A DNA stretch of 64,000 nt from Octopus vulgaris. Its lineage: Eukaryota. Positions 40,511 to 53,265 of this stretch are shown here, one piece after another. The stretch is taken from NCBI GenBank assembly GCA_951406725.2, contig OX597825.1, positions 57,846,001 through 57,910,000 of the forward strand, given 5' to 3'. Position 1 is the first letter of the stretch. Every line of letters starts with the position of its first letter. Below the pieces are notes generated by a model. That model saw nothing but the letters and a program-made list of their open reading frames with translations. It was not told the origin of the DNA and did not search any database. Position numbers and translations under genes: made by a program.

Positions 40511-40855
40511 AAAACCGTGAATATGACAATACAATAACATCTCATAAAAGACATGAAATCCATGCTCTGAGGCATTTATGGAAAATCTCTCATAAATTGC
40601 GTCGCCATGTAGCTCATGTGGCCTTTTATTTCTCAGCTGATGACTCCGTGAGTAAAACTGATTTGAAACGTGCCCATAAGATAAAGAAACGAGGAATATA
40701 TTTATACATCTTGCGACTTCGTGCCAGTAGAATAAGATTTGATGAGTACAAGGCTATGGTTTCATCACCAGTTACAGATTTTGTCTTTGAGGCTAAGGAT
40801 CATAGTAAAATCGATTCTTCAGTGAAGAAATTGTTGAACATGGAACATTGCAACA
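40511..40855 (+). CDS. Secreted tandem-VWA protein, coding exon 5 (VWA1 C-half)
   Basis: TTTTACAG acceptor and A/GTAAGT donor. 345 nt, phase 1-1. R..VAHVAFYFS..AHKIKKRGIYLYIL..MVSSP..FVF..C is a typical VWA C-half pattern. Confidence 0.85.
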
Positions 40856-41171
40856 GTAAGTCTTCATAATTTGGACTTTTGCAAAATACAGCTTTGATAT
40901 CTTCATTACCCTCCTGTTTCGGATTCTTCTTGTCCCCATATCACTCAACTTAATTGACTTCCACCTGTATTTGCTTATAATCTGTCTTTATAATTATGAT
41001 TAGAATAGGCACAAGTGTATCTGTGTGGTTAAGAAGTTCACTCCCCAACCACTTGGTTTGGGGTTAAATCCCACTGCATGGCAACATGAGTGAGTGTCTT
41101 CTGCTACAACCCTGGGCTAACTAGAGCCTTGTGAGTGGATTTGGTAGAGAGAAACTAAAAAGAGCCCATCA

Positions 41172-41221
<50 letters not shown>

Positions 41222-41495
41222 TGGGTGTGTGCATGCATATATGTGTGAGTATTTATGTATATATGTATGTAAAAGTGTCAATGATATTGACTAACACCCT
41301 TCCCTCAACATTATTGTTATTGTAACTATGTTGGAAACAATTAATTTTATTATATTATTGTTGACCAGTTAGTAACTGGATTTTATCACAAAAAAACAGA
41401 GTAAACATTTCAAACCATGAATTATCATGAAGTGAAAAATTTCTTTAATAAATAAAAATATTAATGTTTTCTTTTCTGTTTCTCTCTTTTAACAG

Positions 41496-41531
41496 TGCAA
41501 GTCTTTCCTGGATATACTGTACCAAAACCAA
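41496..41531 (+). CDS. Secreted tandem-VWA protein, coding exon 6 (linker)
   Basis: Strong polypyrimidine plus AACAG acceptor and A/GTAAGT donor. 36 nt, phase 1-1, encoding MQVFPGYTVPKP. Confidence 0.75.
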
Positions 41532-41599
41532 GTAAGTAGTCACCATTTCTGACATTTGAAAATCTATATTATAATGGATTTTTAAAGTATGCTAACAGC

Positions 41600-42100
41600 C
41601 TACACAGTAAGTTACATAGATACAATAGAATACTGTATATTGAGCAATCTTTATAGATTGTATGTATTGCACAATACATTTTTAAAACTATACAGATAAT
41701 AATTAATATAGATACATGGATGGACAGTAATATATATATAATGTAACACAGACAATAACCTACATAGTGGAGTATAGACAGTGATGTATACAGCGTTAGA
41801 CAGACAATATATAAAGTGTTATATATAATGTATAAAGTTGTTATATATACAATTATAGTATAGGGTTGTATAGACAATAGTGTACATAATGCCATATTTA
41901 TAATAATGTATATATAATGTTACACAGAAAATAACTTATATTGTGTCATTCAGACAATGTATAAAAGGTATATATACAATGTATAAAATTATTATATAGA
42001 CAATAATGCATATAATATAATAGAGATCATAATATTATATATATATATATATATATATAGTGTTATATAGAAAATAATATTCATTGTGTTATATAGACCA
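41600..42100. repeat. Degenerate AT-rich minisatellite (~25-bp TATAGACAATAATGTATATAATGT-like unit)
   Basis: Recurrent TAGACAAT/CAGACAAT..TATA units that resume at about 42750-42860. Confidence 0.6.
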
Positions 42101-42178
42101 ATTATGAGGTGGATCACCTCTAACACCATTATTATTCAAATAGTAATTATTTTCTTTTGTTCTTTCTTTTACTTTCAG

Positions 42179-42667
42179 TTTGTGAAGCACGACGACCAGT
42201 GAACCTTTACCTGGGTGTTGAACGTAACAGTCTTCAGAGCTTATATAATTTGAGTATTTTTAAATTTTATAAATTACTGAAATTAGAACTCAAGAACACC
42301 AATGCTAATAAGATTCAGACCCAACTAATCTTTAGTGATTTTTCAAACAAAAAAGAAAATATCAGCAAGGCATTCATCGACATCTTCGGAAAAACAATGA
42401 AAGCAGCAATTAACAATGCTAATAAAGACTCTCAAAAGACTTTGCTGTTGTTTGTCAGTTCCACCACTCCTTTAACATCAGAAATGATCAAAGAAGCTGC
42501 TATTCTGAAGAATCAAAAAATTGAGGTTTATGTTGTTGTAGAAGGTAAAAGTGAAACAGACTTTTCAAAGATTGCTAGTAAACCAGCTGAAGATCACCTC
42601 TTCATTGTGCCTTATTTCAAGAAGTTGAGTGGCCACAAGGATACAATATTAAAGTCAATTTGTAAAG
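42179..42667 (+). CDS. Secreted tandem-VWA protein, coding exon 7 (VWA2)
   Basis: TTTCAG acceptor and AAG/GTTAGT donor. 489 nt, phase 1-1. CEARRPVNLYLGVE...KTLLLFVS...EAAILKNQKIEVYVV...IASKPAEDHLFIVPYFKKL...IC is matrilin/collagen-type VWA. Confidence 0.88.
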
Positions 42668-44590
42668 GTTAGTATGTTTGTCCTTAGCTATTTTACAAGA
42701 AATTACCTTATATATTACTGCTTATTCAGCATCCATACACTGTTGTTTAGGGAATAATTTATATATAGTTATATAAGACAATAATTTGTTTAGCATATAG
42801 ATAATAATCTATATAATGTTATACATACTATGTATAAAGTGGTATATAAACCATAACCTGCATTGAGGGGGAGGCTTGTTACTATTTGACATGCAAGAGT
42901 CTAATGTTTTGGTGGCTAACACATTTCTAGGTGGATAAAGTAGTACTGGGTAGATATAACATAACAGGTTAGAATATTTCTGAGGAATAGTGTATTTCTG
43001 GATGGATAGTTACTACTGTGTTTGTCTGCTCTTGACTCCAGTGCTGAAATCTTTTCATGACATTTTCATGTGCTTCCAGGCAGAACTTCTAATTCTTCTT
43101 TACCCCCATTCATCAACAGGAATAGGTTCCAGATTAATGATGATAAACTTGCCTGAAACATGTTAGTCTTTCATACAGGGGGATATTGATTTTGCATCTG
43201 TTTTATAAAACAATTAGTGTTATATGTGACAGGCATCTCCAAACAAAGAAAAAAACTGTCTTTCTTCTTTGTCCACATGTTTGGCATGATTTTCCACAAA
43301 ATTTAGGCTTTTAAATATTGTTGGAACAATCAACTTTGCACATATAGATTATTATCCTAGTGCCAACTAATTTTCTAAAGTCAGGATGGAACTTGTTTAT
43401 CAGCCAAACAGATTAAAGTCATTTATGTCATGTACTTTACTACAAGGAAATAAGATAATGATAATTTAACTAATGATTTTGCCATGATTAAATGTCCCAT
43501 ATACTAAGTAAGGTATCCTAGAACAAAATATAGAAGAATAAAGGAGGGAGTTAAATTCTTTGATTGTGGACAGGTGTTCCTGTCCAAAACATCTTTAGAA
43601 TGTGACTTGTTTTCGTCTGTATTAAATTCTTCTTTTATTAATTTCAGGTTGGTGAAATGATTGGCTTCTAGATAAGAATGAGAAAAAAACCTATATAAAC
43701 ACATAACATTCATGTGGTTTGAGTTCTTTAATTTAAGAGGAAAACTTGGAAATTCCAACTGGCTAAAAAGGGAAACTATATTGTAAACTACCATCAACCA
43801 ACCAGCCTAAAAAATTATGGAAAACAAGAAGTATCAAGTAAAAACAGGTTTGACTGAGAACTACTGATGAAGCTTGATTATTAAGAAGTTAATGAATGAA
43901 CATTTTATTCTGGGGATGACAAGGAAAATTTTATCTCTCTTTCTTTCTCTCTCTCTTTTTTTTTTTTTTTTTTGAGAAATTTCTACATATTTCCTTATAA
44001 TACTATTCAGAGGGTTCCAGATGCTTCCATATGAATTATCTGAAAATATTTCATCAAAAAGTATTATCTTCCTAAATGAATAATTAAAAAAAAAATGAAA
44101 AGGACATACATTCACACTCACATATATACATACATAAACACACACATCCATATACACATCCATGTAAAAAAAACAATGACAAACCTCAAACTTCCAGAAA
44201 GCCTAAAATTGAATAATTTATAGATTAAAGTAAATGGAAAGCTGAGCTTCAGAGAAGTTTAAAGATGGTGCAATATTAATACAGACAAACCGAATGAAAA
44301 TGAAGAGAACAGAAATGATCAAATAATGAACATTTGTGGATAAGGAAACAGAATTACAATGAAATGAAAGCATTAAAAATATATATATACAAAACAAAAA
44401 AGAAATGACAACTGCATCTGTGATACAGGTTCTTCTTCTCCTTTTTCTCCTGTTCCTCATCCCTTAACCCTTAACCCCTAAATGTAAGTCAGATATGTGA
44501 AAGCCAAATCAGTTATCTAGTCCCTTCACTACTGATAAACCAAAATGATCCTTCATCTCCTTATTTACCATTTACTGTTTCTTTGCTCAG

Positions 44591-44604
44591 ACTTTAGGAG
44601 ATGA
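44591..44604 (+). CDS. Secreted tandem-VWA protein, probable last coding exon (DFRR-stop)
   Basis: Polypyrimidine plus CTCAG acceptor and an in-frame TGA at 44602-44604. AATAAA is at 44838 and 45302. Alternatives are read-through to TAG 42670-42672 or the acceptor at 43079. Confidence 0.5.
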
Positions 44605-45670
44605 TCAAGACCCAAGACTATCAGAGATGCAAATCTGCCCAATTTTTGGATTTTTGAAAATTTCTTATTGTTTTCATTTTCTCTCATCCCAAATTGGAGA
44701 ATACTAAACACAACTGCCCACAACTCCAAAGAACCCTTACTTTATTACAGGTTATATTGATGAAGGGTTTATATTTATATACACTAATTGAAACAAAGAA
44801 CAGCAAAGCATTTTCTAAAATAACTCGTTTGAATTTCAATAAAATGTCTACAATTTGCGAAAAAAAAAGCTAAAAAAAAAATACAGGAAGAAAACAGTTG
44901 GGGGCCCAAATACATGTATATTTATTTATTTATAATTTTTTTTAATATTCCTGAAGTCAAATCTGGTTGGCATTTTGCAATCTGAACGATGACTTTAAGC
45001 ACTAAGCAGCCCCTACCCCACACCATCCCCCATCCCCCCACCCCCAAACCAACCCACAAGTTTACACTTGTGGATGATGATCATGATGGTGATAATGATG
45101 ATGACATTCTCTTTTGAAGACTTTGAGTATTGTTTAAATACTAAGACAAACTGTTTACCGGTGCAAAAAAAGTCTGATTCCTTTTTACTTACCATAACCA
45201 ATATTTATTGAAACATTCTCTACATTATGAACCCTTCATTCAGATTTTTTATTTTTTGGTGCAAAAATCTTCAAAAATTTCTTGTAAATATTACACTTTG
45301 AAATAAAATCTAAAATCTATTTATGCAATATTTATATTTGACTTCATTCTTTCATCATTCCATTTTTTTTTTCTGCTGATTGCAGTCATTGGACTGTGGC
45401 CATGCTGGGGGACACGTTGTTGCAGGTTTTTGTCAGTCCTACTGACCACCCCCACTAGTATTTCAGTATTTATTTCAGTCTCATGTTATTAATGTCTAAT
45501 GGCTAAGTCACACACACACACACACACACACATACATGCACACACACATGTATACACATACTACACACATGCATATTCACACATACTACACACATGCATA
45601 CTCACACATTTCTGCACATATACACACACACATGAATACACACACACATGCATATTAGCACATGTGTCCT

Positions 45671-45727
<57 letters not shown>

Positions 45728-45791
45728 ATATTCACACATACACAAGCACATGTATTCCTCAAAAGGCCACAACTCACAAGTAGTATGCTTT

Positions 45792-46190
45792 TATTCTTTT
45801 ACTTCTTTCAGTCATTTAACTGTGGCCATGCTGGAGCAACATCTTGAAGAGTTTTAGTCAAACAAGTTGACCCCTGGACTTGTTTTTAATGCTTAGTACT
45901 TATTCTATCAGTTTCTTTTGCCAAACCACTAGGTTACAGGGATTTAAACATACCAACACCGGTTGTCAAGTGCTGATGGGGGACAAACCCAAAGACACAC
46001 ACACATAGATATATACAAAATCTATACATATATATATGATGGGCTTCTTTCAGTTTCCATCTACCAAATCCACAACACAAAGCTTTGGTAAGCCCAAGGT
46101 TATAGTAGAAAGCTCTTACCCAAGGTGCCACACAGTGGGACTGAACTTAGAACCATATGGTTGGGAAACAAGCTTCTTATTACGCAGCCT
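45792..46190 (-). mobile_element. SINE group A (older copy)
   Basis: Reverse-orientation match, CpG-depleted. Confidence 0.8.
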
Positions 46191-46734
46191 TACCTGCACA
46201 TATCCAGTATGTATGACTATGTAGTGTGTACCATACTTCCCCTAATTGTTTTAAGTAACTATGTGGTCACAAGCAATCATAGATATCCTTTTGGCCCATC
46301 CAGCTCGAGAGAAAAATAAAAAGAGAAAGACAGGGGTTACATCAACAACTATCCGGTACAAGTTTATAGATGAGCAGACTGGAGTATTGTGGAAGGAAGT
46401 GCCATGTTCAGGGACACATGAACTGTCCAATCAGAAGAATTGAACCTATGACGCTCTGACTGTAAACTTGTCACCCCTGTCATTAGATCATGCCTCTTTT
46501 CATTCTGTCCGTCTCTCTCTCTCACACACTCATAAGGGTACAAGTGCGGGCATAAGTTAAGAAGTTTGTTTCTCAAGCATGAGGTCCTAGGTTCAGTTCT
46601 ACTGCATGGCATCTTGAGCCATGGTCAGAAGCCACCTCAAGATTGGTGAATAAATTTGAATTGATGGAAACTACAAAAGCCTGTCACACCAACTGAACTA
46701 TCATACTATAATACAAAGGGGCATACACATATGT

Positions 46735-48100
46735 ATATATGGCATAGCAGCACCATAGTCAATTGCAACAAAGATAAAGGTGATGCATTAGATAGAAATA
46801 ACTACAGGGGTATCAAACTGCTGGATCAGGTGATGAAGATCACAGAGAGGGTCATAACCCAACTAATTAGGGAGAGAGTCTGCTTAGATGAGATGCAGTT
46901 CGGTTTTGTGGCTAGTAGATGTACCATTGATGCTATATTCCTGGTATAGCAACTGCAGGAGAAATACCTAGCCAAAGATAAACCCCTATACTTGGCTTTT
47001 GTTGACCTGGAGAAAGCCTTTGACACAGTCCCCAATCCCTTATCTGGTGGGAGATGTAGAAACTGGGGATTGGCGAGTGGTTAATAAGAGCTGTACAGGC
47101 CCTGTACAGGGATACTGTTACTAAGGTAAGGGTCGGTAATGAGTATAGTGAAGAATTCTGGGTAGAAGTAGGGGTCCACCAAGGATCAGCTCTCAGCCTC
47201 CTTTTATTCATCATAGTCCTCCAGGCAATAACAGAGGAATTCAAGACAGGTTGCTCCTGGGAACTCCTCTATGCTGATGACCTTGCTCTCATAGTGGAAT
47301 CACTACCAGAACTAGAGAATAAATTTTAGGTGTGGAAGCAAGGTTTAGAATAGAAGGGCCTTAGAGTCAATGCTGCAAAAACCAAAGTCCTAGTAAGTAG
47401 GAAGACAAATGCATCACAAACCCCTTCAGGTAGATGGCCCTGCTCAATCTGTAGAAAAGATGTAGGTAGAAACTCCATGAGATGCATCCAGTGTAAGCTA
47501 TGGATGCATAAGTTGTGCAGCAACATGAAAGGAAGGTTAACTGGGAAGATAGCTTTTGTGTGTGGCAGATGCACTGGGGCAATAAACACCGGCGATGCTC
47601 AGAAAACTGATTCCATCACATGCCAGGGGAAGAAGCTAGAAGTAGTTGATAGTTTCCACTATCTAGGTGGCCAAGTCTGTAGTGGGGGTGGATGCTCAGA
47701 GAGCATTGCCACTAGAATAAGAATTGCCTGGGCAAAGTTCAGAATGCTCCTACCTCTAATGGTGACAAAGGGCCTCTCGCTCAGAGTGAAAGGTAGATTG
47801 TATGATGCACATGTGTGAACTGCTATGCTATACAGCAGTGAAACATGGGCTGTGACTGCTGAAGACATGCGTAGGCTTGAATGAAATGAAGCTAGTATGA
47901 CCCACTGGATGTGTAATATCAGTGTGCATGCACAACAGAGTGTAAGTGCCCTGAGAGAAATGTTGGACATAAAAAAACATCAGCTGTCATGTGCAAGAGA
48001 GACAACTGCACTGGTATGGTCATGTGCTGTGTATGGATGAGGAGAGCTGTGTGAAGAAGTGTCACTCCTTAACAGTGGAAGGAACCCATGGAAGGGTTTT
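46735..48100 (+). mobile_element. RTE-clade LINE, decayed RT region with embedded PHD-type finger
   Basis: KGDALDRNNYRGIKLL, QFGF, AFVDLEKAFD, GVHQGS, LLYADDL, FHYLG and SETW motifs, with stops and frameshifts. Confidence 0.9.
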
Positions 48101-48179
48101 GTGGTGTCACAGTCTATCCAAAGCTCTTACTTAGCATTACTCGACACTCTTTGGGTCTTCTAGACACCAATACCTATCA

Positions 48180-48224
<45 letters not shown>

Positions 48225-48799
48225 AATCATCATCATCGTCGTCATCATTGTTTAATGTTTGTTTTCCATGCTGGCAGGGTTGGACAGTTTGACTGGAGAC
48301 TGGCAAGTCAGGAGGCTACACCAGGCTCCAGTCTGATCTGGCAATGTTTCTACAGCTGGCTGCTTTTCCTTATGCCAACCACTCCATGTATGTATATATA
48401 TATATGAAATAAGTACCAGTTGAATACTGGGATCGATGTGATCAATGTCCCACCTCCTCCAGCATTTCCGGCCTTATGCATAAAGTAAAAGAGATTATTA
48501 ATATTTGGCTCAGGATTTATCTTATCCTTGATAGAATTCACATAGGTAACAGGTTACTACCTGTAACCTTAGATATCTACATGATTTCAATAAGCCTTCA
48601 AGTGCTTAAAACCATTCAGATGATTTTCCTTTTCCAAAGAGGCAAACCTTATGTTGAAGCTCAACAGGACACTCCATTGCTGTCTCCTTTAACCAGTTGT
48701 CTACGTCATTTACTCACATTTACTAATGCACCAATTATTACTAGTAAAACCTTTACAGATTTCATATTCTAAATCCTCGTATTCTCAAATTTTAAGGGA

Positions 48800-49695
48800 T
48801 TGTATTTTTTAAACTTTTTATCTTTTTTCTTCACAATCCTGGAATCAAATGGACATGGTGGATAAATCACTAAGCAAATTTGCCTTTCATTGTCCATTAT
48901 CTGTTTGAATTGGAAAATCCCACATCTTGCAATTTTCCAACTCCAGTACTTTTTCTACATGATGGTTATACCATGTACTTCCAGCTTCAAAACTGTTATC
49001 ATTGACGAAGCTTTCAGTGCAAAACTGATGATTTGATCAGATCATCATTTCTTATATTCTCCTTGGGCCAACTTGGGGCTTTCTACAAAAGGTGCGCCAT
49101 TGCTGTCTTCCCCAATTTTGTTTACTCTACATTTTGCCAACAACTTCTCTTCATACATATATTTTCTCAAGTTGTTTGTTTGAAGCACTTGATTTTGAAT
49201 TGTGATAATAAGGCTTCCTATCTCTTTTCTAATTGCCCTTTTTCATCTAAGCTGAGGGTTTTGTTCCACATTCATTCTGAAAGGTTTTCCTAAACTGACC
49301 AAGCAAAGGTTTCTCATTAATCTGTTTAAAATGTTCTCTTTGAATTTCATTTGTGTCCTTTTCTCCTATTCCACACTTGTTCGACTATTCTTTATTCACT
49401 ACTTTTAGTAGCTTTTCTGTGCTGATTTGTAAATAATCTAGTAAGTTGCTTTGTTCCTCTCTCTTTACTTTCTTTTTACTCTCTTTTACTTGTTTCAGTC
49501 ATTTGACTGCGGCCATGCTGGAGCACCGCCTTTAATCGAGCAAATAGACCCCAGGACTTATTCTTTGTAAGCCTAGTACTTATTCTATCAGCCTCTTTTG
49601 CCAGGCTTCTAAGTTACGGGGACGTAAACACACCAGCATCGGTTGTCAAGCGATGTTGGGGGGACAAACACAGACACACAAACATATACACACAC

Positions 49696-49732
<37 letters not shown>

Positions 49733-51325
49733 ACGGGCTTCTTTCAGTTTCTGTCTACCAAATCCGCTCACAAGGCTTTGGTTGACCCGAGGTTATAGTA
49801 GAAGACACTTGCCCAAGGTGCCACGCAGTGGGAATGAACCCAGAACCATGTTGTTGGTAAGCAAGCTACTTACCACACAGCCACTCCTGCGCCTACTGCA
49901 TATGTTCCTTTCACAGCAATTAAACCTCTTCCAGCCTGGTCTTTTTTCAAGTACAACTGGTTAATATCAGTTTTCAGATGGTGGGCTCCATACATAGTCG
50001 ACAACTTTCTGGTTTTTCTGTCCAGTTTCTGTATTTTGTTTTTCATCCAATCCACAACTTCAGTTTCATATCTGATAACCACCACTGCTCTTGCATGTAT
50101 TGCTTCAATAAAATTTTTTGAATTCAACCTCAACTATAATATTTTCACATTCTCCTTGTATTCTTCCTACTTGTAATTTTCTTCATCTCTTTATATTTCA
50201 TTTCATCTGCCTCCAGTATCCCCAAATATTTACACTAGTGTCCTTTGTCAACTAATTTCATTGTTTGCTTTTTTGTCATTTCAATTCTCTAGCTTCCTTC
50301 AAATCTTCCCTGTTCCATTATCAATATACCACACCAAATTCCATACCTATATCATTTGAAAAAATGTGTACCATATGTAGAAGACATTCTAGTTGCTTCA
50401 CATTTTTCTCATAAAACTTTATATCATCCATAAAAAAATTATTTATCTGACCATACTCTTTTCCCATATCAAAAGCTATTTTAAATTTCTGTAATATCAA
50501 ACTGTGGCCAATACAAATAGTACGGAGATAAGCTATCACCTTGGAATATACCATGTCTGAAGTTCACCTTCCCAAGTTTTTGTTTTCCTCCAATCAATAC
50601 AGTGCTCAATGTTTCATACTTTCAGTAACCATTATCTCTACATTCTCTGCCACTCCGAATGTGCTAATTGTGTAACCTATCTGACTGTGCAGTATCATGT
50701 TATATGCTTTTTTAGTAATCCAACTATACTGCACTCAATCCTGCCAATCTGCACCTGCAATTTCTAATTATAATTTTACCAACAACTGGTCTTTAGTTGT
50801 CCTACTTTGCTTCCTGCATCCTTTCTGTTCTGTTGGAAGTAAATTGTTACTTTCCATGTGATTATATAACATTTCCACCATCAGACCAATCATAAGCTTC
50901 TGAACAGGTTATAGGTTGGAAATTTGTCACCAAATTACCTTTCAAGGCATCCTTAAGATATAACATTTGTACCATTGTCATCCACGTAGGAACGTGTCCC
51001 TGTTGCAGACATACATCAAAATATGCTGTAATCTGTTCACACAGCTGTGTAAAATTCTTCAGCTAATAACCTTGCTCTCCATCTGGGTCTGATACTTTCC
51101 AACTGGGATTTTCTTCAACTTCAGTCTCACTAACTACATGTCTATTCTGATGTTGTTTTGTTTCAGCACTGTTGCAAGTTGTCTCTCCACGTATGTTAGC
51201 CATTCTGCCCTTTTTCTTTATGTTTCTCTGACCGGTTCCAAAGTTCTCCCTAAAACACTTCACTTCATTCCACATAAGGAATTACTTCCTGATATAGTTT
51301 CCCCACTGTTTCCTCAAAAAGATCC
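48800..51325 (-). mobile_element. R4/Dong-like non-LTR retrotransposon, heavily decayed, interrupted by a SINE
   Basis: INNFFMDDIKFY..FSNDIGMEFG, LNSKNFIEAI..LDRKTRKL..GRGL and WDFPIQTD fragments on the minus strand. Confidence 0.8.
49475..49893 (-). mobile_element. SINE group A, full length, inserted in the Dong-like element
   Basis: Complete family match. RT-domain residues resume immediately after 49893. Confidence 0.9.
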
Positions 51326-51989
51326 CTTCTACGAGGGTCAGCTGAAAGGGTCATAGGCTGACCAAAGCACCCTGATGAATGTGACCAAATGAGATTTATT
51401 TTTCAAGATAGCCCTTTTTGCAAATGGGGCTATCTTGAAAAATATTTAACTGCAGGACGATTTCTACATACTCTACTTTCTCTATTAGCCTTCCTATGAT
51501 ATCACTGCAGCACTTGTGTGTCAATAATTTACATCAAGGGCCACTAGACTTTTTGCACCATTGACTCCCTTTAGCCACTTCTCCTTCTGCAACGACCACT
51601 CTCCTCGTTTAAAGTATCTTAATACCCTACCCTGCCGTATCATATATTAAATGCGTACCAGGTACTGATGCTAGCAATTAAAATGTTAGCTAAAACATAC
51701 ATGTACAACAGATTAAGATATTCTATTGAAGATGACACACTTTTTACATTTAAACTACGTGTAAGAGTATACAGTATTAAAGTTTCAATGTTTATGAAAC
51801 TGCTTTCACGGTTAGAAAATGTGAAAAATGTATCATATTGCTGAAATATCTGTTACTGAAATTAACATCAATGTGAGGAATGAGTTTGGCGCAGACTAAG
51901 TGTTTCAAGTAGTTTATCTGGGTGAGCTGGTCTTTCACACTCCGACTCCCATTCGACCCTTTGGCTATCGTCGAGCCCCTGTAATTCCT

Positions 51990-52600
51990 CGCCAACCCCT
52001 GGTTTACACTAACTACACTGTTTGGAATTTCTACTTATGCTCTTCCTACAAATCAAGCAAGATCACTTACTTGAAAGGAGCAGAGTCCTGATTATTTTCT
52101 TGCTTTCTAGATCTTTGGTCTTTGCCAAGTTAACTTTAAGGATCTTTGAATCCAAGTTTTGCTCCCACATCTGAATTTCTTTCCTAATTCCACAATAAAT
52201 TTCTGAATAACAATGATGTCATTGTCATATGATAATTTCCAAGGGCAGCCAGTCTTAAATTCCCTTTTATCGTTTGCTGGACGATTATAAAAATGAGGGG
52301 ACTAACAACAGAAGTCTTTACTCTAAATTTATCATTATACTCATGGCTAATTCTCACCTTACTGACAGTAATCCTGCTCACTGTTTGTAAGGTTTTCACA
52401 AGTCATTTGTTTTGTTGTAGTTTCCTCTGAGACCGCCAGGTCACAAAGCGAGATGCTCAGTCGAAAGGTTTCTCCAGGTCAAAGAATACCAAATATAATA
52501 GTTTAGTGTTAGTTGAATTTTCTCCTGCAGCTATTTCTTTAAGAAGGTGATAACAATAGTACTTTTCCGCGACACGAAACCGAACCGTATCTCAATTAAG
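51990..52600 (-). mobile_element. Second, more decayed RTE-clade fragment
   Basis: VFFDLEKPFD, SKVRISHEY..PLIFIIV and ICRKSISRNS..C remnants, homologous to 46735-48100. Confidence 0.6.
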
Positions 52601-52744
52601 TCTAATTCAGTTTCGCAGTAATAGAACTAAGGGAGATAACTCAGTAGTATAAGGTTGGGAAATTGCGGCTGATTCAGGGGAGGTAAGTCAGGGATGTACT
52701 AGCAGCCATTTCAATCGGTTTTGTTGAGATTGTTACCAACTCTT

Positions 52745-52956
52745 TCTTGTTTCAATCATTTGACTGTAGCTATGTTGAAGCAACGCCTCGAAGGGTTTTA
52801 GTCGAATAAATCGACCCCTGGACTTTTTTTAAAGTCTAGTACTTATTCTATCGGTCTCTTTTGTCGAAACGCTAATTTACGGGGTCGTAAAGACACCAAT
52901 ACCGGTTGTCAAGTTGAGAGGGGGAGACAAACACAGACACAAAGACAGATATACAT

Positions 52957-53007
<51 letters not shown>

Positions 53008-53265
53008 GGGGAGAGTTCACGAAAAAACAAAAGACGAAGACAGATGGTGTACAAAACAAACAGATGTATTAGTTTAACGCTCATATATATGTGTTTGTGT
53101 GTTTATGTATGTTTGTATGTATGCAATGAGTTTCTTTCAGTTTCTGTCTATGAAATCCACTCACAAGGCTTTGGTAGGTTTGAGGCTATAGTAGGGGACT
53201 CTTGCCCAACGTGACACACAGTGGGATTGAACCCAGAACTACATGGTTAGAAAACAAACTTCTTC
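52745..53265 (-). mobile_element. SINE group A with a P1 Penelope-like fragment (53006-53082) inside its (TA)n tract
   Basis: Both SINE halves are recognisable. GGGGAGAGTTCACGAAAAAACAAAAGACGAAGAC.. matches 13345-13410. Confidence 0.75.

Noticed and set aside
40617-40640. CTGATGA-CTC(CGT)GAG within exon 5
   Set aside because: It is followed by TAAA, not GAAA, and is explained by coding sequence.
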